A stretch of 64,000 nucleotides of DNA from an uncultured Phycisphaeraceae bacterium (GCA_964543335.1 CAZIXS010000001.1:2903-66902); one strand, 5' to 3'. Shown: positions 37,960-47,125, numbered from the stretch's first letter. Made by a program: numbers and translations. The notes: generated by a model from the letters alone, not told the origin.

Positions 37960-39639
37960 TCAGCCGCCGATGCCCGCGACACGGTCGACCTCGTCGAGCG
38001 AGGTGTCGCCCTCGGCGGCCATGAGCCAACCCGCCTGCTGGAGTGTGCGGAAAACGCCCTGTTCAACGATGCGGCGCATGGCCTGGATCGAGGGGTTGCC
38101 GAGCACGCAATCTCGCAGTTCGTCGTTGAAGTCGAGCATTTCGAAGATGGCTTTGCGACCCATGTAGCCGGTCTTCAGGCAGCGTCGGCAGCCGGTGGCG
38201 GTGTAGGTATGGTCCTGATCGCGGAGGTAGCGTCCGAGCCGGGTGGCCTGGCCCGGGGTGACCCGCACATCCCGTTTGCAGTGGGGGCAAAGCAGGCGGA
38301 TGAGGCGTTGGGCGATGATGACATTGACCGAATTCGCCACCAGGTAGGGTTCGACCTTGAGGTCGAGCAGGCGGAAGACGGCGCTGATGGAGTCTTTGGC
38401 GTGCACGGTCGAGAAGACGAGGTGTCCGGTCATGGCGGCCTGCATGGCCGTGCGCGCGGTTTCGTCGTCGCGGATTTCGCCGACAAGGATGACATCGGGG
38501 TCTTGGCGGAGGACCGAGCGGAGCAGATCGCCGAAGCTTTGACGGTCGGAGACCGGGATCTGCGTGGTGTTGTCGAGCTGGTATTCGACGGGGTCTTCGA
38601 TGGTCACGACATTGCGGACGGATCGGTCGATGGTGCGCAGGCAGTTGTAGAGGGTCGTGGTTTTGCCGGAGCCGGTGGGGCCGCAGGCGAGGAGCATGCC
38701 GGCGTTCTGGTCGCAGAGTTGGACGATGCGTTTTTCGACGAACGCGGGCATGGCCAGTTCGCTGATGGACTGGGGTGCGGTGCGTCCGTCGAGGATGCGG
38801 ACGACGAGCTTCTGGCCGTGGACGGTTGGGGTGAAGGATGCGCGGAAGTCCACGCGCCGGTCGCCGATGTCGGCGGCGAAGTGGCCGTCGAGCACGGCGT
38901 CGCGTGCGGCCTGCTTCATCTGGCAGGCGGTTTTGATGACACCCATCGTTCGTTCGCCGATCTCGCTGGGGAGATCAATGACGTGGACCATGCCGCCGTC
39001 GACGCGGACGCGGATGGATACGAATTCTCGCTTTGGTTCGAGGTGGATGTCGGTGGCCCGGCCTTTGGAGGCGAGGAGGAGGAGCATTTTGACGGCCTGT
39101 GAGCCGTCGGCGGCGGATTCGAGGGCGGGGGAGAGGGTGTCGTCGGCGTTGACGAGCACGATGTGCTCGTCTTCGCTGGACTTGGGGGGGATGTCGTCGA
39201 TGGTGCTGCGCAGTTCGGCGGCCCAGGGGGCGAGCTTGCCGGTCTGCGCGCTCAATGGGATGCGCTTGCGAGCTTTCGGCTCGCTCTCGATATCGACGAC
39301 GAAGGTCTGTTTGCCGACCTGAACGGTGTCGCCGCCTTTGAGTTCGGCGGTCGAGATTCCCTTGCCGTTGACATGGGTTCCATTGCGGCTGCCGAGGTCT
39401 TTGAGCACGAAGGAGCCGCGAGGACCGGGTTCGATCACGCAGTGGAAGCGGGAAGCGACGGTGTCCTTGCCGAGGCAGATGTCGTTATCGGGATGGCGTC
39501 CGATGGTGACATTCTGGGTGGGCGAGAGGGTCAGCTCCCCGAGGCGTGTGTCTGCAAAGCGGATCCTTGTCTTTGGCATCGGAGGGGATCGTAGCGGAAG
39601 GGCCTCGGTCTTTGCGATCGGTAGTGGCATAGTCCCCAT
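37960..39639 (-). CDS. FHA-domain-fused GspE/PilB-family secretion ATPase
   Basis: FHA region (VTIGRHPDNDICL..SRFHC..LKDLGSRNGTHVNG). ATPase with Walker A GPTGSGKTTT, ILVGEIRD, VFSTVHA, and a Cys4 site (CPHC..CRRC). The start is uncertain (candidates at 39639, 39630, 39579); the ORF is open to 39828. Confidence 0.85.
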   Translation of the reverse strand: MGTMPLPIAKTEALPLRSPPMPKTRIRFADTRLGELTLSPTQNVTIGRHPDNDICLGKDTVASRFHCVIEPGPRGSFVLKDLGSRNGTHVNGKGISTAELKGGDTVQVGKQTFVVDIESEPKARKRIPLSAQTGKLAPWAAELRSTIDDIPPKSSEDEHIVLVNADDTLSPALESAADGSQAVKMLLLLASKGRATDIHLEPKREFVSIRVRVDGGMVHVIDLPSEIGERTMGVIKTACQMKQAARDAVLDGHFAADIGDRRVDFRASFTPTVHGQKLVVRILDGRTAPQSISELAMPAFVEKRIVQLCDQNAGMLLACGPTGSGKTTTLYNCLRTIDRSVRNVVTIEDPVEYQLDNTTQIPVSDRQSFGDLLRSVLRQDPDVILVGEIRDDETARTAMQAAMTGHLVFSTVHAKDSISAVFRLLDLKVEPYLVANSVNVIIAQRLIRLLCPHCKRDVRVTPGQATRLGRYLRDQDHTYTATGCRRCLKTGYMGRKAIFEMLDFNDELRDCVLGNPSIQAMRRIVEQGVFRTLQQAGWLMAAEGDTSLDEVDRVAGIGG

Positions 39640-39689
39640 GGACGCCTCACCCTTACGGATGTTCCACGGGTGAGTGGAATGGCCCGAAT

Positions 39690-40724
39690 TCAGTTGATCG
39701 GGTCGCGTTCGCGCTCGATTCTGGGCTGCACCTGCCATCGGACCACCCGCGGTCGAGATGCGGTGGAGGGGGCGGTGAAAGACTCCGAGGGGATGACCCT
39801 CAAGGATGAATCGCCTGGTCTTTGCCACATGAGAATCAGGCCGGCCCAGCCGAAGTTCTCGAAGAACAGGATTTCGACATCCTTGGTGCCTTGAGTCAGG
39901 TAAACCTGTTGCTGCTGCCAGCGGAAGCTTTGGAGGTTGTTGCGATTGATGATGATGTCGCCGTCGATGGTGAGGCGAGAGCCGTCATCGCTGCCGAGGC
40001 GGAAGGTGTACCAGCCGGACTCGGGCACGATCAGGCGGGTGGTGGCACGGAGTGCAAACAGATCGTCGGGGGATCCGGGGAGAAACCCGGAGCCCGATCG
40101 GTTGGCCCAGTTGATCTGGGTCTCGCCGGTGATCAGGGCGGTGTTCGTCCAGTCGATGTCTTCGAAGCGGCGGATCTCGCTGTTTTCGTAGAACCACTCC
40201 ACCTGGATGGGAGCGGGCGTCTCGGCAAAGGATGACTCGGGAATGACCGTCCACTGGGTTGCGCCCGGTGGCATCCACTCGAGTACCAGGCCGGCCAGAC
40301 CTGTGCGTTCGAAGTAGTCGAGGCGGAAGGGATGGAGTCCGGCTTCGAGGGTGATCGTGGCCTGCATGGTGGTCATGGCGTGAACGCCATCGTTCTCGAT
40401 CACGGATTGCTCGTTGATGATCAGGCGTGAGCCCTCATCGCTTCCCAGGCGGAAGCGGTATTGGCCGGAGGCGTGGGCGCGGATGGCTCCGGAGATCCGT
40501 ACGGCGAACTCATCGGCGACGGCGTTGGGCTCCCATGGCGCTGGGGTAGGTTCCCATTCGATGTTCCCGGTTTGAGTCAGTCGTGTCGGCGTTGACCAGT
40601 CGATCGTGTCGAGTGAAGTGTGCGAGCCGATCGCCTCGTACCAATCGACGCGCAGGGGGTTTGCGGTGGGCGTGTCTGCGCCGTTGGTGGTGGGTGTGAA
40701 TGATTCTGATCCAATGCCGAGCAT
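39690..40724 (-). CDS. Double PA14-domain protein (probable secreted glycan-binding protein)
   Basis: Two PA14 units (GQYRFRLGSDEGSRLIINEQSVIENDG.. and GWYTFRLGSDDGSRLTIDGDIII..). A signal-peptide-like sequence continues upstream of the first ATG. Confidence 0.75.
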   Translation of the reverse strand: MLGIGSESFTPTTNGADTPTANPLRVDWYEAIGSHTSLDTIDWSTPTRLTQTGNIEWEPTPAPWEPNAVADEFAVRISGAIRAHASGQYRFRLGSDEGSRLIINEQSVIENDGVHAMTTMQATITLEAGLHPFRLDYFERTGLAGLVLEWMPPGATQWTVIPESSFAETPAPIQVEWFYENSEIRRFEDIDWTNTALITGETQINWANRSGSGFLPGSPDDLFALRATTRLIVPESGWYTFRLGSDDGSRLTIDGDIIINRNNLQSFRWQQQQVYLTQGTKDVEILFFENFGWAGLILMWQRPGDSSLRVIPSESFTAPSTASRPRVVRWQVQPRIERERDPIN

Positions 40725-40832
40725 GAATGTCGCGGCAATGGCGGTCAGGATGCGACGCGTCCTGTATGGTCTCCCGTCCGGTTATCGACCGGCTCAGGAC
40801 GGTTCTGAACCTTTGATCCGAGGTTGCTTGGG

Positions 40833-41696
40833 ATGACACCGATCGTTCGCGTCTATGACGATCACCGCTGCACGCTGGGTGAAGGTCCTATCTGGGTGGA
40901 TGGCGGTTTGATCTGGGTGGATATCCCGGCGGGGGAGGTCCATCGGCGGCGCCCGGGTGGGGGGCGGCAGACGGTGGCGCTCGGCCAAAGCGTGGGCTGT
41001 GTGGCGGAGGAGGAGGGTGGCGGTCTGGTGGCGTGTGTGCGCGAGGGCGTGGCGAGGTTCGATTTCGATCGGGGTCTCGGGGCATGGCTCAGCCGCGATC
41101 TGGCGGGCGATCCCGCACGGCGGTGCAACGATGGAGCGGTGGGGCCGGGCGGTCGGCTGTGGGTCGGGACGATGCTCGACGATCAGGCGAGCGGGAGCGG
41201 GATGCTGCATCTGCTTCGAGAAGACGGGCGGCTGGAGGTGGTGCGCCGCGGTCTGACGATCCCAAACGGGCTGGGCTGGAGCGCGGACGGCCGTGTGATG
41301 TACCACATCGATTCACCTCGGCGCGTGGTGGACCTGCTTCGGTTCGATCCTGAGGGCGGACGCGTGGAGGGTGTGCTCGGATCGATCCGGACCCCGGAAG
41401 AGTTGGGTTATCCGGACGGGCTGGCGGTGGATGCGGAAGGGATGATCTGGGTCGCACACTGGGGGGGTGGATGCGTGAGTCGGTGGGATCCGTCGCAGGC
41501 GAAGATGCTGGGGCGGGTTGATGTTCCGGCGGAGCATGTGACCTCTTGCTGCTTCGGAGGAGAAGACGGCACGGAGTTGTACATCACAACCGCGGCGGGG
41601 AGGTCCGAGAACGGCGGGAAGGTGTTCGTGTGCGAGGCGGCGGTCGGAGGAGCACGGTCGTACCGTTTGCGCGGATGGGAACCAAAACCCCGTTGA
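40833..41696 (+). CDS. SMP-30/gluconolactonase/LRE-family protein
   Basis: LGEGPIW.., NDGAVGPGGRLWVGTM, GLGWSADG, PDGLAVDAEG. Confidence 0.8.
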   Translation: MTPIVRVYDDHRCTLGEGPIWVDGGLIWVDIPAGEVHRRRPGGGRQTVALGQSVGCVAEEEGGGLVACVREGVARFDFDRGLGAWLSRDLAGDPARRCNDGAVGPGGRLWVGTMLDDQASGSGMLHLLREDGRLEVVRRGLTIPNGLGWSADGRVMYHIDSPRRVVDLLRFDPEGGRVEGVLGSIRTPEELGYPDGLAVDAEGMIWVAHWGGGCVSRWDPSQAKMLGRVDVPAEHVTSCCFGGEDGTELYITTAAGRSENGGKVFVCEAAVGGARSYRLRGWEPKPR

Positions 41697-41811
41697 GTGG
41701 GCCGGGCTCAGGTCGGAGGTGCATTTCGCCGATCGTTCCCTTGGTTGGACTGCTTGCGCGTCCTTGCGGTTTTTGCCTGCATGCCCCTCACGGATGAGCG
41801 GCGAAGGGAAG

Positions 41812-42213
41812 ATGATGAGCGGTTTGAGCGTCCTGATCGCTGACGACGAGACCCCGATCACAAGTATCCTGCGCAGCCGCTTTGAGAAGGTTGGCTGCCG
41901 AGTGCGAGTGGCGTACGACGGTCAGCAGGCGTTCGAGCTTGCCAGCGCGGAAGTGCCGGATGTGGTGGTGACCGACCTGCAGATGCCGCGGTGGACGGGC
42001 CTTGATTTTGCGATGGCGATGGCGTCGGATGAGCGGCTTGCGGGTGTCCCGGTCTTGCTGCTGACGGCGCGCGGGTACATCGTCTTGCCGGATCAGCGGG
42101 AGAAGACCAATATCCGTGCGGTGATGTCCAAGCCGTTCAGTGCGAACGAGGTGGTCCGGACCGTGCTCGAGATGGGTGGGGCCGGAGGGGCGATGCGGAA
42201 GGAATCGGCGTGA
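41812..42213 (+). CDS. Single-domain response regulator (CheY-like REC)
   Basis: VLIADDE..DVVVTDLQMPRWTG..KPF. Its stop overlaps the GTG start of the HD-GYP gene. Confidence 0.85.
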   Translation: MMSGLSVLIADDETPITSILRSRFEKVGCRVRVAYDGQQAFELASAEVPDVVVTDLQMPRWTGLDFAMAMASDERLAGVPVLLLTARGYIVLPDQREKTNIRAVMSKPFSANEVVRTVLEMGGAGGAMRKESA

Positions 42214-43673
42214 ATGACGCTGCCGGCGTGAGGCTGATGGAGGCGTTGCCCACGCTGATCGAGCGTGCCGCTGTTGCTGGGTTCGCGTGCTGGTGGTTCG
42301 ATCGGAGCGGTCATCTTGATGAGGGTGTTTCCCTGGAGGCGTTCGGACGCGCCGGGGTGGATCTTTCGGCTCGACGGCCGGAGACTGGCTCGGGCGTTGT
42401 TCGCGTGGATGCGAAGCGCGGTGGTGAGGTGGTGGGGACACTGGCGGTGGTTCCCGATCCGGGTGCTGAGGGTATGGCGGCGGATTCGCATGCGGTGCGA
42501 GCGCTGTTCGAGCTGGCACTGGGCGATGAGTCGACGGACCGGATCATCGAGGATTTTACCGAACACCTGACGCAGGCCTTTGAGAACATTCAGCTGCTCT
42601 ACCGTGTCGGTAAGGCGATGAGCACGCCGGACGACCCGGCGGGGTTCAGCCGATTCCTGCTGGATCAGATCCTGGACTCGACGCCGTTCCGCTGGGGAGC
42701 GATCGTGCTGGACGATCGGCCGAATCTGATCGAACTGGTTCGCAGCAAGACCTTCGTGTCCACGGAGATCGAAGGCAGCGATGAACTTGTTCGGCGCGAA
42801 GCCACCCGGCTGGCGAGCAAGATGCGTGAGACGCATGGCGGGATCTTCTACGATGCGGATGCTCAGCTGGGTTGCCAAGGCACGGCTCATCTGATCGTGT
42901 CTTCGGGTGAGACGGTGGGCATGCTGATCTGCGGCGGAAAGCAGGGCAAAGAAGCGGACATCAGCAGTTACGACACGCAGCTGCTCGAAGCGACCGCGAG
43001 CCATCTCGGTTCCGTGCTCGAGACCTCGTTCTTGTATGAGCAGCAGGCGGTGATGTTCCTGGGGACGATCAGTTCGCTGATTCGTGCGCTGGATGCCAAG
43101 GATCCGTACACGCGAGGCCATTCGGACCGAGTTGCGGCGCTTGCCCGGCAACTGGCTCGCAAAGCCGGTCTCGGCGAGAAGTTGGCGGAGCGGTACCACA
43201 TCGCGGGCCTGCTGCACGATGTCGGGAAGATCGGTGTGCCCGAAGCGGTGTTGTGCAAGCCCGGGCGGTTGACGGATGAAGAATTCAGTTGCATCATGAG
43301 GCACCCGGAGATCGGGTACAACATCCTTGACGGTGTGCCGGGCATGGCGGATCTGCTGCCTGGCGTGATGCATCACCACGAGCGCTACGACGGCAAGGGT
43401 TACCCGCACGGCCTGGCCGGTGATGCGATCCCGCTGATCGCACGGGTGCTCTGCCTGGCGGATACGTTCGACGCGATGAGTTCGAACCGCGCGTACCGAT
43501 CGGCGATGACCCGGGATACGGTGCTCGGCGAGATCCGCAAGTGTGCCGGGACGCAGTTTGACCCTGAACTGGCCATGCTCTTTGTCGAGATGGATTTCAA
43601 TGAGTACGACCGGATGGTTGCGAAGCATGTGCGTCAGGCTGCGATCGATGCACAGGGCAAGCGTGCGGCCTGA
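42210..43673 (+). CDS. GAF-like sensor + HD-GYP domain protein (c-di-GMP phosphodiesterase family)
   Basis: HSDRVA..HDVGKIGVPEAVL..HHERYDGKGYPHGL (HD and GYP motifs intact). Confidence 0.85.
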   Translation: MNDAAGVRLMEALPTLIERAAVAGFACWWFDRSGHLDEGVSLEAFGRAGVDLSARRPETGSGVVRVDAKRGGEVVGTLAVVPDPGAEGMAADSHAVRALFELALGDESTDRIIEDFTEHLTQAFENIQLLYRVGKAMSTPDDPAGFSRFLLDQILDSTPFRWGAIVLDDRPNLIELVRSKTFVSTEIEGSDELVRREATRLASKMRETHGGIFYDADAQLGCQGTAHLIVSSGETVGMLICGGKQGKEADISSYDTQLLEATASHLGSVLETSFLYEQQAVMFLGTISSLIRALDAKDPYTRGHSDRVAALARQLARKAGLGEKLAERYHIAGLLHDVGKIGVPEAVLCKPGRLTDEEFSCIMRHPEIGYNILDGVPGMADLLPGVMHHHERYDGKGYPHGLAGDAIPLIARVLCLADTFDAMSSNRAYRSAMTRDTVLGEIRKCAGTQFDPELAMLFVEMDFNEYDRMVAKHVRQAAIDAQGKRAA

Positions 43674-43726
43674 GTCGGCTTCGGATGAGTGCCTGACTTT
43701 TTTAAAGCGAAACAGCGAGCGATGTG

Positions 43727-44917
43727 TCAATCGATCACGCGGGTGATCGATTGATGGTCCAGGATCGCGGGAACCGGCTTGGGCGGGATGTTCGCGAGCA
43801 GCTTGATGGTCTCGTCATCGAGTTCGTAGGCGAAGAGCGCGAAGTCGCAGATCTTGCCGTGGAAGTGGTTGGCGAGGCCGGTTGCCATGCCGAATCGCCG
43901 GTAGATGTCGTCGGCGGCGCCGATGTACCAATTCATTTGGTTGGCCTTGCTCGTCCAGGTGCGTCCGAAGCCGCCTGTGCGTGCAGCATTCCCGGAGACG
44001 GTGCCGTTGAGGTAGGTTGTCCAGCCACCATCGCCCCAGGTGATCGCGATGTGGTGCCACTGATCACCGGTGATGCTGCCCATGTTGATGTATTCCATGG
44101 TGCCGCCGAGATCGGTGACGAGAAACGCAAAGCCGTTGGTGCACACGATGGCGACCTGCATCGCGTTCGGCTCATCCCATTTCCACTTGCTGAGAGCGAC
44201 CTGGGTGAGGCTGCTGCTGGAGTAGGTGGATGAGGGGTTGATCCAAAGGCAGATGCTGCCGTAATCGAGTTCCATGGAGGGATCGTGTGGGATGTCGTAA
44301 TAGGTTTTGTTGACCGCGGACAGTTCGGGCATCCGGTATATGCCGTTCGGATCGGTCAGGTTGGAGGCGAATGTTCCCTCAAAGCTGGCTGCCACGCCGG
44401 CTCGCTTGTCGCTGTCCACGAGACTGACCGGAAGCTCGCGTAGTGTCCAGTAGTTGATCGGGAGCCGAGACATGACGGGTTCGATCGAACGGGTGTGCTG
44501 CTCGGCGAAGTCGATGCGTGCGCTGAGTTTCTGGATCGACTGGCCGTATTGCCCGTCGGCGAAGAGGATGACGGGATCGTCGTACTGATCGAGCAGGTCC
44601 GAGTCGAGCGGATCAGCGACGCGGACTCTGAGCCGGCCCTGTCCAATCGTGGTGATGCCGATCAGGCTGTCGCCGAAGAGCTTGGCTCGCCATGCAGGGT
44701 CGGTGTTGATCCTGTCCACCCCGAGTTCGAGGGCGGAGCGGGCGATGCTGCGGGCGATGGACTCTTCGCTGCTGCGGTCGGCCGCGGCGAGGTCGGTACG
44801 GGAATTGATGAGGGTCGAAAGCGCGATGGTCATGACGATCGACAGCACGGCGAGCATGACGACATACACCGTGCCGCGATTCTCGGGGCTGCATGATCGT
44901 GGAGGCGTGTGCATCAA
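43727..44917 (-). CDS. GspK-like minor pseudopilin fused to a LamG/concanavalin-like domain
   Basis: N-terminus NRGTVYVVMLAVLSIVMTIALSTL (GspK-like, no G|F cleavage motif). C-terminal half with a LamG-type pattern (WHHIAITWGDGG..YLNG.., ICDFALFAYELDDETIKLL). Last gene of the pseudopilin operon, with ATGA overlap. Confidence 0.6.
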   Translation of the reverse strand: MMHTPPRSCSPENRGTVYVVMLAVLSIVMTIALSTLINSRTDLAAADRSSEESIARSIARSALELGVDRINTDPAWRAKLFGDSLIGITTIGQGRLRVRVADPLDSDLLDQYDDPVILFADGQYGQSIQKLSARIDFAEQHTRSIEPVMSRLPINYWTLRELPVSLVDSDKRAGVAASFEGTFASNLTDPNGIYRMPELSAVNKTYYDIPHDPSMELDYGSICLWINPSSTYSSSSLTQVALSKWKWDEPNAMQVAIVCTNGFAFLVTDLGGTMEYINMGSITGDQWHHIAITWGDGGWTTYLNGTVSGNAARTGGFGRTWTSKANQMNWYIGAADDIYRRFGMATGLANHFHGKICDFALFAYELDDETIKLLANIPPKPVPAILDHQSITRVID

Positions 44918-45489
44918 TCGTTCTCCCCGTCGCCGATGTCCGCGACGAAGTCGGTGGTACCGCTCGCGGGCAGGGCGTTGTCGGCGATCTGTTCGAAGCC
45001 AAGGGTTCGGATCGCGGAGGCAGTGGCGATGGTTCGTCCGCTGCGTTTGACGGTGACCGTGATAAGTTTCGCACGCTGGAATGTGCCGCTGGTGGTGACG
45101 GCGCTTCCGGAGATGAGTGCGTAGTTCACCTCGACGGAGCGTTCCCAGTCGTCGAAACCGGATATTCCGTCGCCGTTGGGTTCAAGCGGAGGGGACTGGG
45201 TCCAGTTGTCGTAATCGTCGATGTCGTCGTAGAGGAGCCGGGTCTTTCCGTCGAACTCGTCTCCAGAGACGCCGAAGCTGGCGGGGCCGTTGTCCGGGTC
45301 GTGCCAATGCTTCGACTGGATCTCGGCGAGCATCTGGTTGGCGAGGTGCTGGCCTCGGACGCGGTCGCTGGACATGGCGCGAGCCTGGGCGGAGATGCCG
45401 AGCATCTGGATCACGCCCATCGAGAGGATGCTCACGATGACCATGGAGATTGTGACCTCGATCAGCGATATGCCTCGGCGCAGGGTCAT
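44914..45489 (-). CDS. Prepilin-type minor pseudopilin (GspI-like)
   Basis: MTLRRG|ISLIEVTISMVIVSIL N-methylation motif. Confidence 0.7.
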   Translation of the reverse strand: MTLRRGISLIEVTISMVIVSILSMGVIQMLGISAQARAMSSDRVRGQHLANQMLAEIQSKHWHDPDNGPASFGVSGDEFDGKTRLLYDDIDDYDNWTQSPPLEPNGDGISGFDDWERSVEVNYALISGSAVTTSGTFQRAKLITVTVKRSGRTIATASAIRTLGFEQIADNALPASGTTDFVADIGDGEND

Positions 45490-46589
45490 GGCTCGAGCCT
45501 CACGGGAGCGGGGAGATCGATTTCCGAGACGATGCGTGTCTGGCTGGTCGCACCGGGTGTCAGTTCGACTCTGATCCGCTCGACCACGGTTGAGGTGACG
45601 GTTTCGCTTTTGGCTTCAGGCAGGTAGTAGCCCTGGAGGCGATAGCCGAGACGCGTGGTCAGCCCGGTTCCCCAGTTGGCTCCCGAGTCTTTGCTTTGGT
45701 GCATCGCCGATTCGCTCGCGAACACGAGCTGCTCAAAAACGCGAACCGAGGCCGTGTTGCTGCCACCAGTGCAGATGACCACGAGGCAGAGTTCATCGCT
45801 GGGGTTCAGCATCAGGGTGCCGGGGACTTCGAGGCGGACCCAGGTTTCGCCGCCGAGGTCGCTGGTCTTGATCACGCGGGCGGCGATGGCGCGCGATGTT
45901 GGGGCGCCGGCGGAAGCGATGCGGAGTTCGAGGCGGATGGTCCCGCCGAGGGCTTCGCGCTGCATCAGGACATCGGCGTACGAGGGCACCCAGTAGAGTG
46001 CGCTGCCGGGCACATCGTCGCTGCGCAGGCGTTGTGAGAATCCTTCGTACTGGTTGATGCGCTGCATTCTTGAGTTCAGCAGCGCGACCACTCGTGTGAA
46101 GGTGGAAGTGTCGGCGCTGAGCTCTCGCTCGAATTTGACCTCGGATCCGGGATGGAGCGTGGTGTAACTGTGGTCGGTGGTGGTCGCGATGAAGGCGAAC
46201 TGCTCGATCTCAGTGAGCACTTCGGTGGCTGTCTCGGCGTTGATCGCGCGGAGCAGGGGCGACCCGGGGGTGCCGTCCCAGGAGTAGGTGATGGTGTCGG
46301 AAACAGCGTCTGCGGTCCGGTCGGCGACTTCGAACGCGATTTTGGTTGAGCTGATCGAGATGAAGCGGGTGGCCGAGGCGATCTCTTCGGTCATGACCCC
46401 GAGCGGGAATTGAGTCTCGCGGAGGCGGATCGAGGGATCGTCGGCTTTGGGCGCGGCACCCATGGCGAAGGCGAGCACCGAGCCGAGGGAGGCCAGCACA
46501 AGGCCGACGAGTGTCAGACTCAGCACCATCTCGATGAGACTGAAGCCGCGCTGAGCGGATGATCGGTGCGCTCGTGAGAAACCAGTCAT
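45486..46589 (-). CDS. Prepilin-type minor pseudopilin (GspJ-like, large)
   Basis: ..AQRG|FSLIEMVLSLTLVGLVL. The start ATG at 46589 overlaps the upstream stop (ATGA). Confidence 0.7.
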   Translation of the reverse strand: MTGFSRAHRSSAQRGFSLIEMVLSLTLVGLVLASLGSVLAFAMGAAPKADDPSIRLRETQFPLGVMTEEIASATRFISISSTKIAFEVADRTADAVSDTITYSWDGTPGSPLLRAINAETATEVLTEIEQFAFIATTTDHSYTTLHPGSEVKFERELSADTSTFTRVVALLNSRMQRINQYEGFSQRLRSDDVPGSALYWVPSYADVLMQREALGGTIRLELRIASAGAPTSRAIAARVIKTSDLGGETWVRLEVPGTLMLNPSDELCLVVICTGGSNTASVRVFEQLVFASESAMHQSKDSGANWGTGLTTRLGYRLQGYYLPEAKSETVTSTVVERIRVELTPGATSQTRIVSEIDLPAPVRLEP

Positions 46590-47125
46590 TTGAGAAAGCC
46601 GCCCGGGACTACGCTTTTGATGTTGTTGATCTCGGATTTTGGTTCGACTGCGACGATCTTGACATCCTGTTCGGACGGGGACGTCCAATCGATGCCGATC
46701 AGGCGTGCGTAGGGCCCGAGTTCGATGCGGATCACGCCCTTGTTCAAGAGCGTACCGTGGCCGTTGATCCGCAATTGGTTCGGTGTGCCGCCCGAGAATC
46801 GGACATCCGATATGTGCAGACGGAAGGGTGGCTGCGACAGGTCGACGATGTGATCGGTGGGCGCGCCCAGGATGTCTTCCACGCCGATAATCCGATAGCT
46901 GTCGTTGGTAGGGCTGAACTGAATGGTGACGGTCCTGCTTTGGGTGCGTGCCATCTGCGTGGCGTACCGGAGGTCCGCCTCGATCTTCTGCACCGCGGAT
47001 TCGAGCCGGTAGGAATTCGCGGCGTGACCGAAGCGTGGGGCGGCGATCGCGGCGATGGTTCCGAGGATCACGATGACAACGACAAGCTCCACGAGGCTGA
47101 ACCCCGTGGAGCGTCGTTTGGTCAT
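46586..47125 (-). CDS. Prepilin-type pseudopilin (GspH/FimT-like)
   Basis: MTKRRSTG|FSLVELVVVIVILGTIAAIAAPRF. Confidence 0.7.
   Translation of the reverse strand: MTKRRSTGFSLVELVVVIVILGTIAAIAAPRFGHAANSYRLESAVQKIEADLRYATQMARTQSRTVTIQFSPTNDSYRIIGVEDILGAPTDHIVDLSQPPFRLHISDVRFSGGTPNQLRINGHGTLLNKGVIRIELGPYARLIGIDWTSPSEQDVKIVAVEPKSEINNIKSVVPGGFLK

Noticed and set aside
37751-38167. 138-aa and 87-aa plus-strand ORFs in the nitrilase/gspE gap
   Set aside because: They run antisense into the well-supported FHA-GspE 3' end and cross an intrinsic terminator. Their composition is not coding-like. The region is reported as a candidate sRNA locus instead.
39690-40724. The two PA14 repeats as a diversity-generating (template/variable repeat) pair
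   Set aside because: The similarity is at the domain (protein) level only. There is no long near-identical nucleotide repeat with A-specific mismatches, and no reverse transcriptase is nearby.
43673-43704. Possible bidirectional terminator between the HD-GYP gene and the pseudopilin operon
   Set aside because: A T6 run is present, but the preceding stem (GAGTCGGC../..GCCTGACT) is imperfect with a bulge. It was too weak to list as a feature, although termination here is likely.
42093-43730. 545-aa minus-strand ORF antisense to the HD-GYP gene. Similar long antisense ORFs are at 25728-27251, 27394-28851, 18572-20119, 2692-3960, 7881-8870 and 24048-24935.
   Set aside because: All lie opposite genes with clear family motifs. 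They are Arg/Pro/His-rich or Gly/Asp/Val-rich and lack start-site signals. They are treated as stop-codon-poor antisense frames of high-GC coding DNA.
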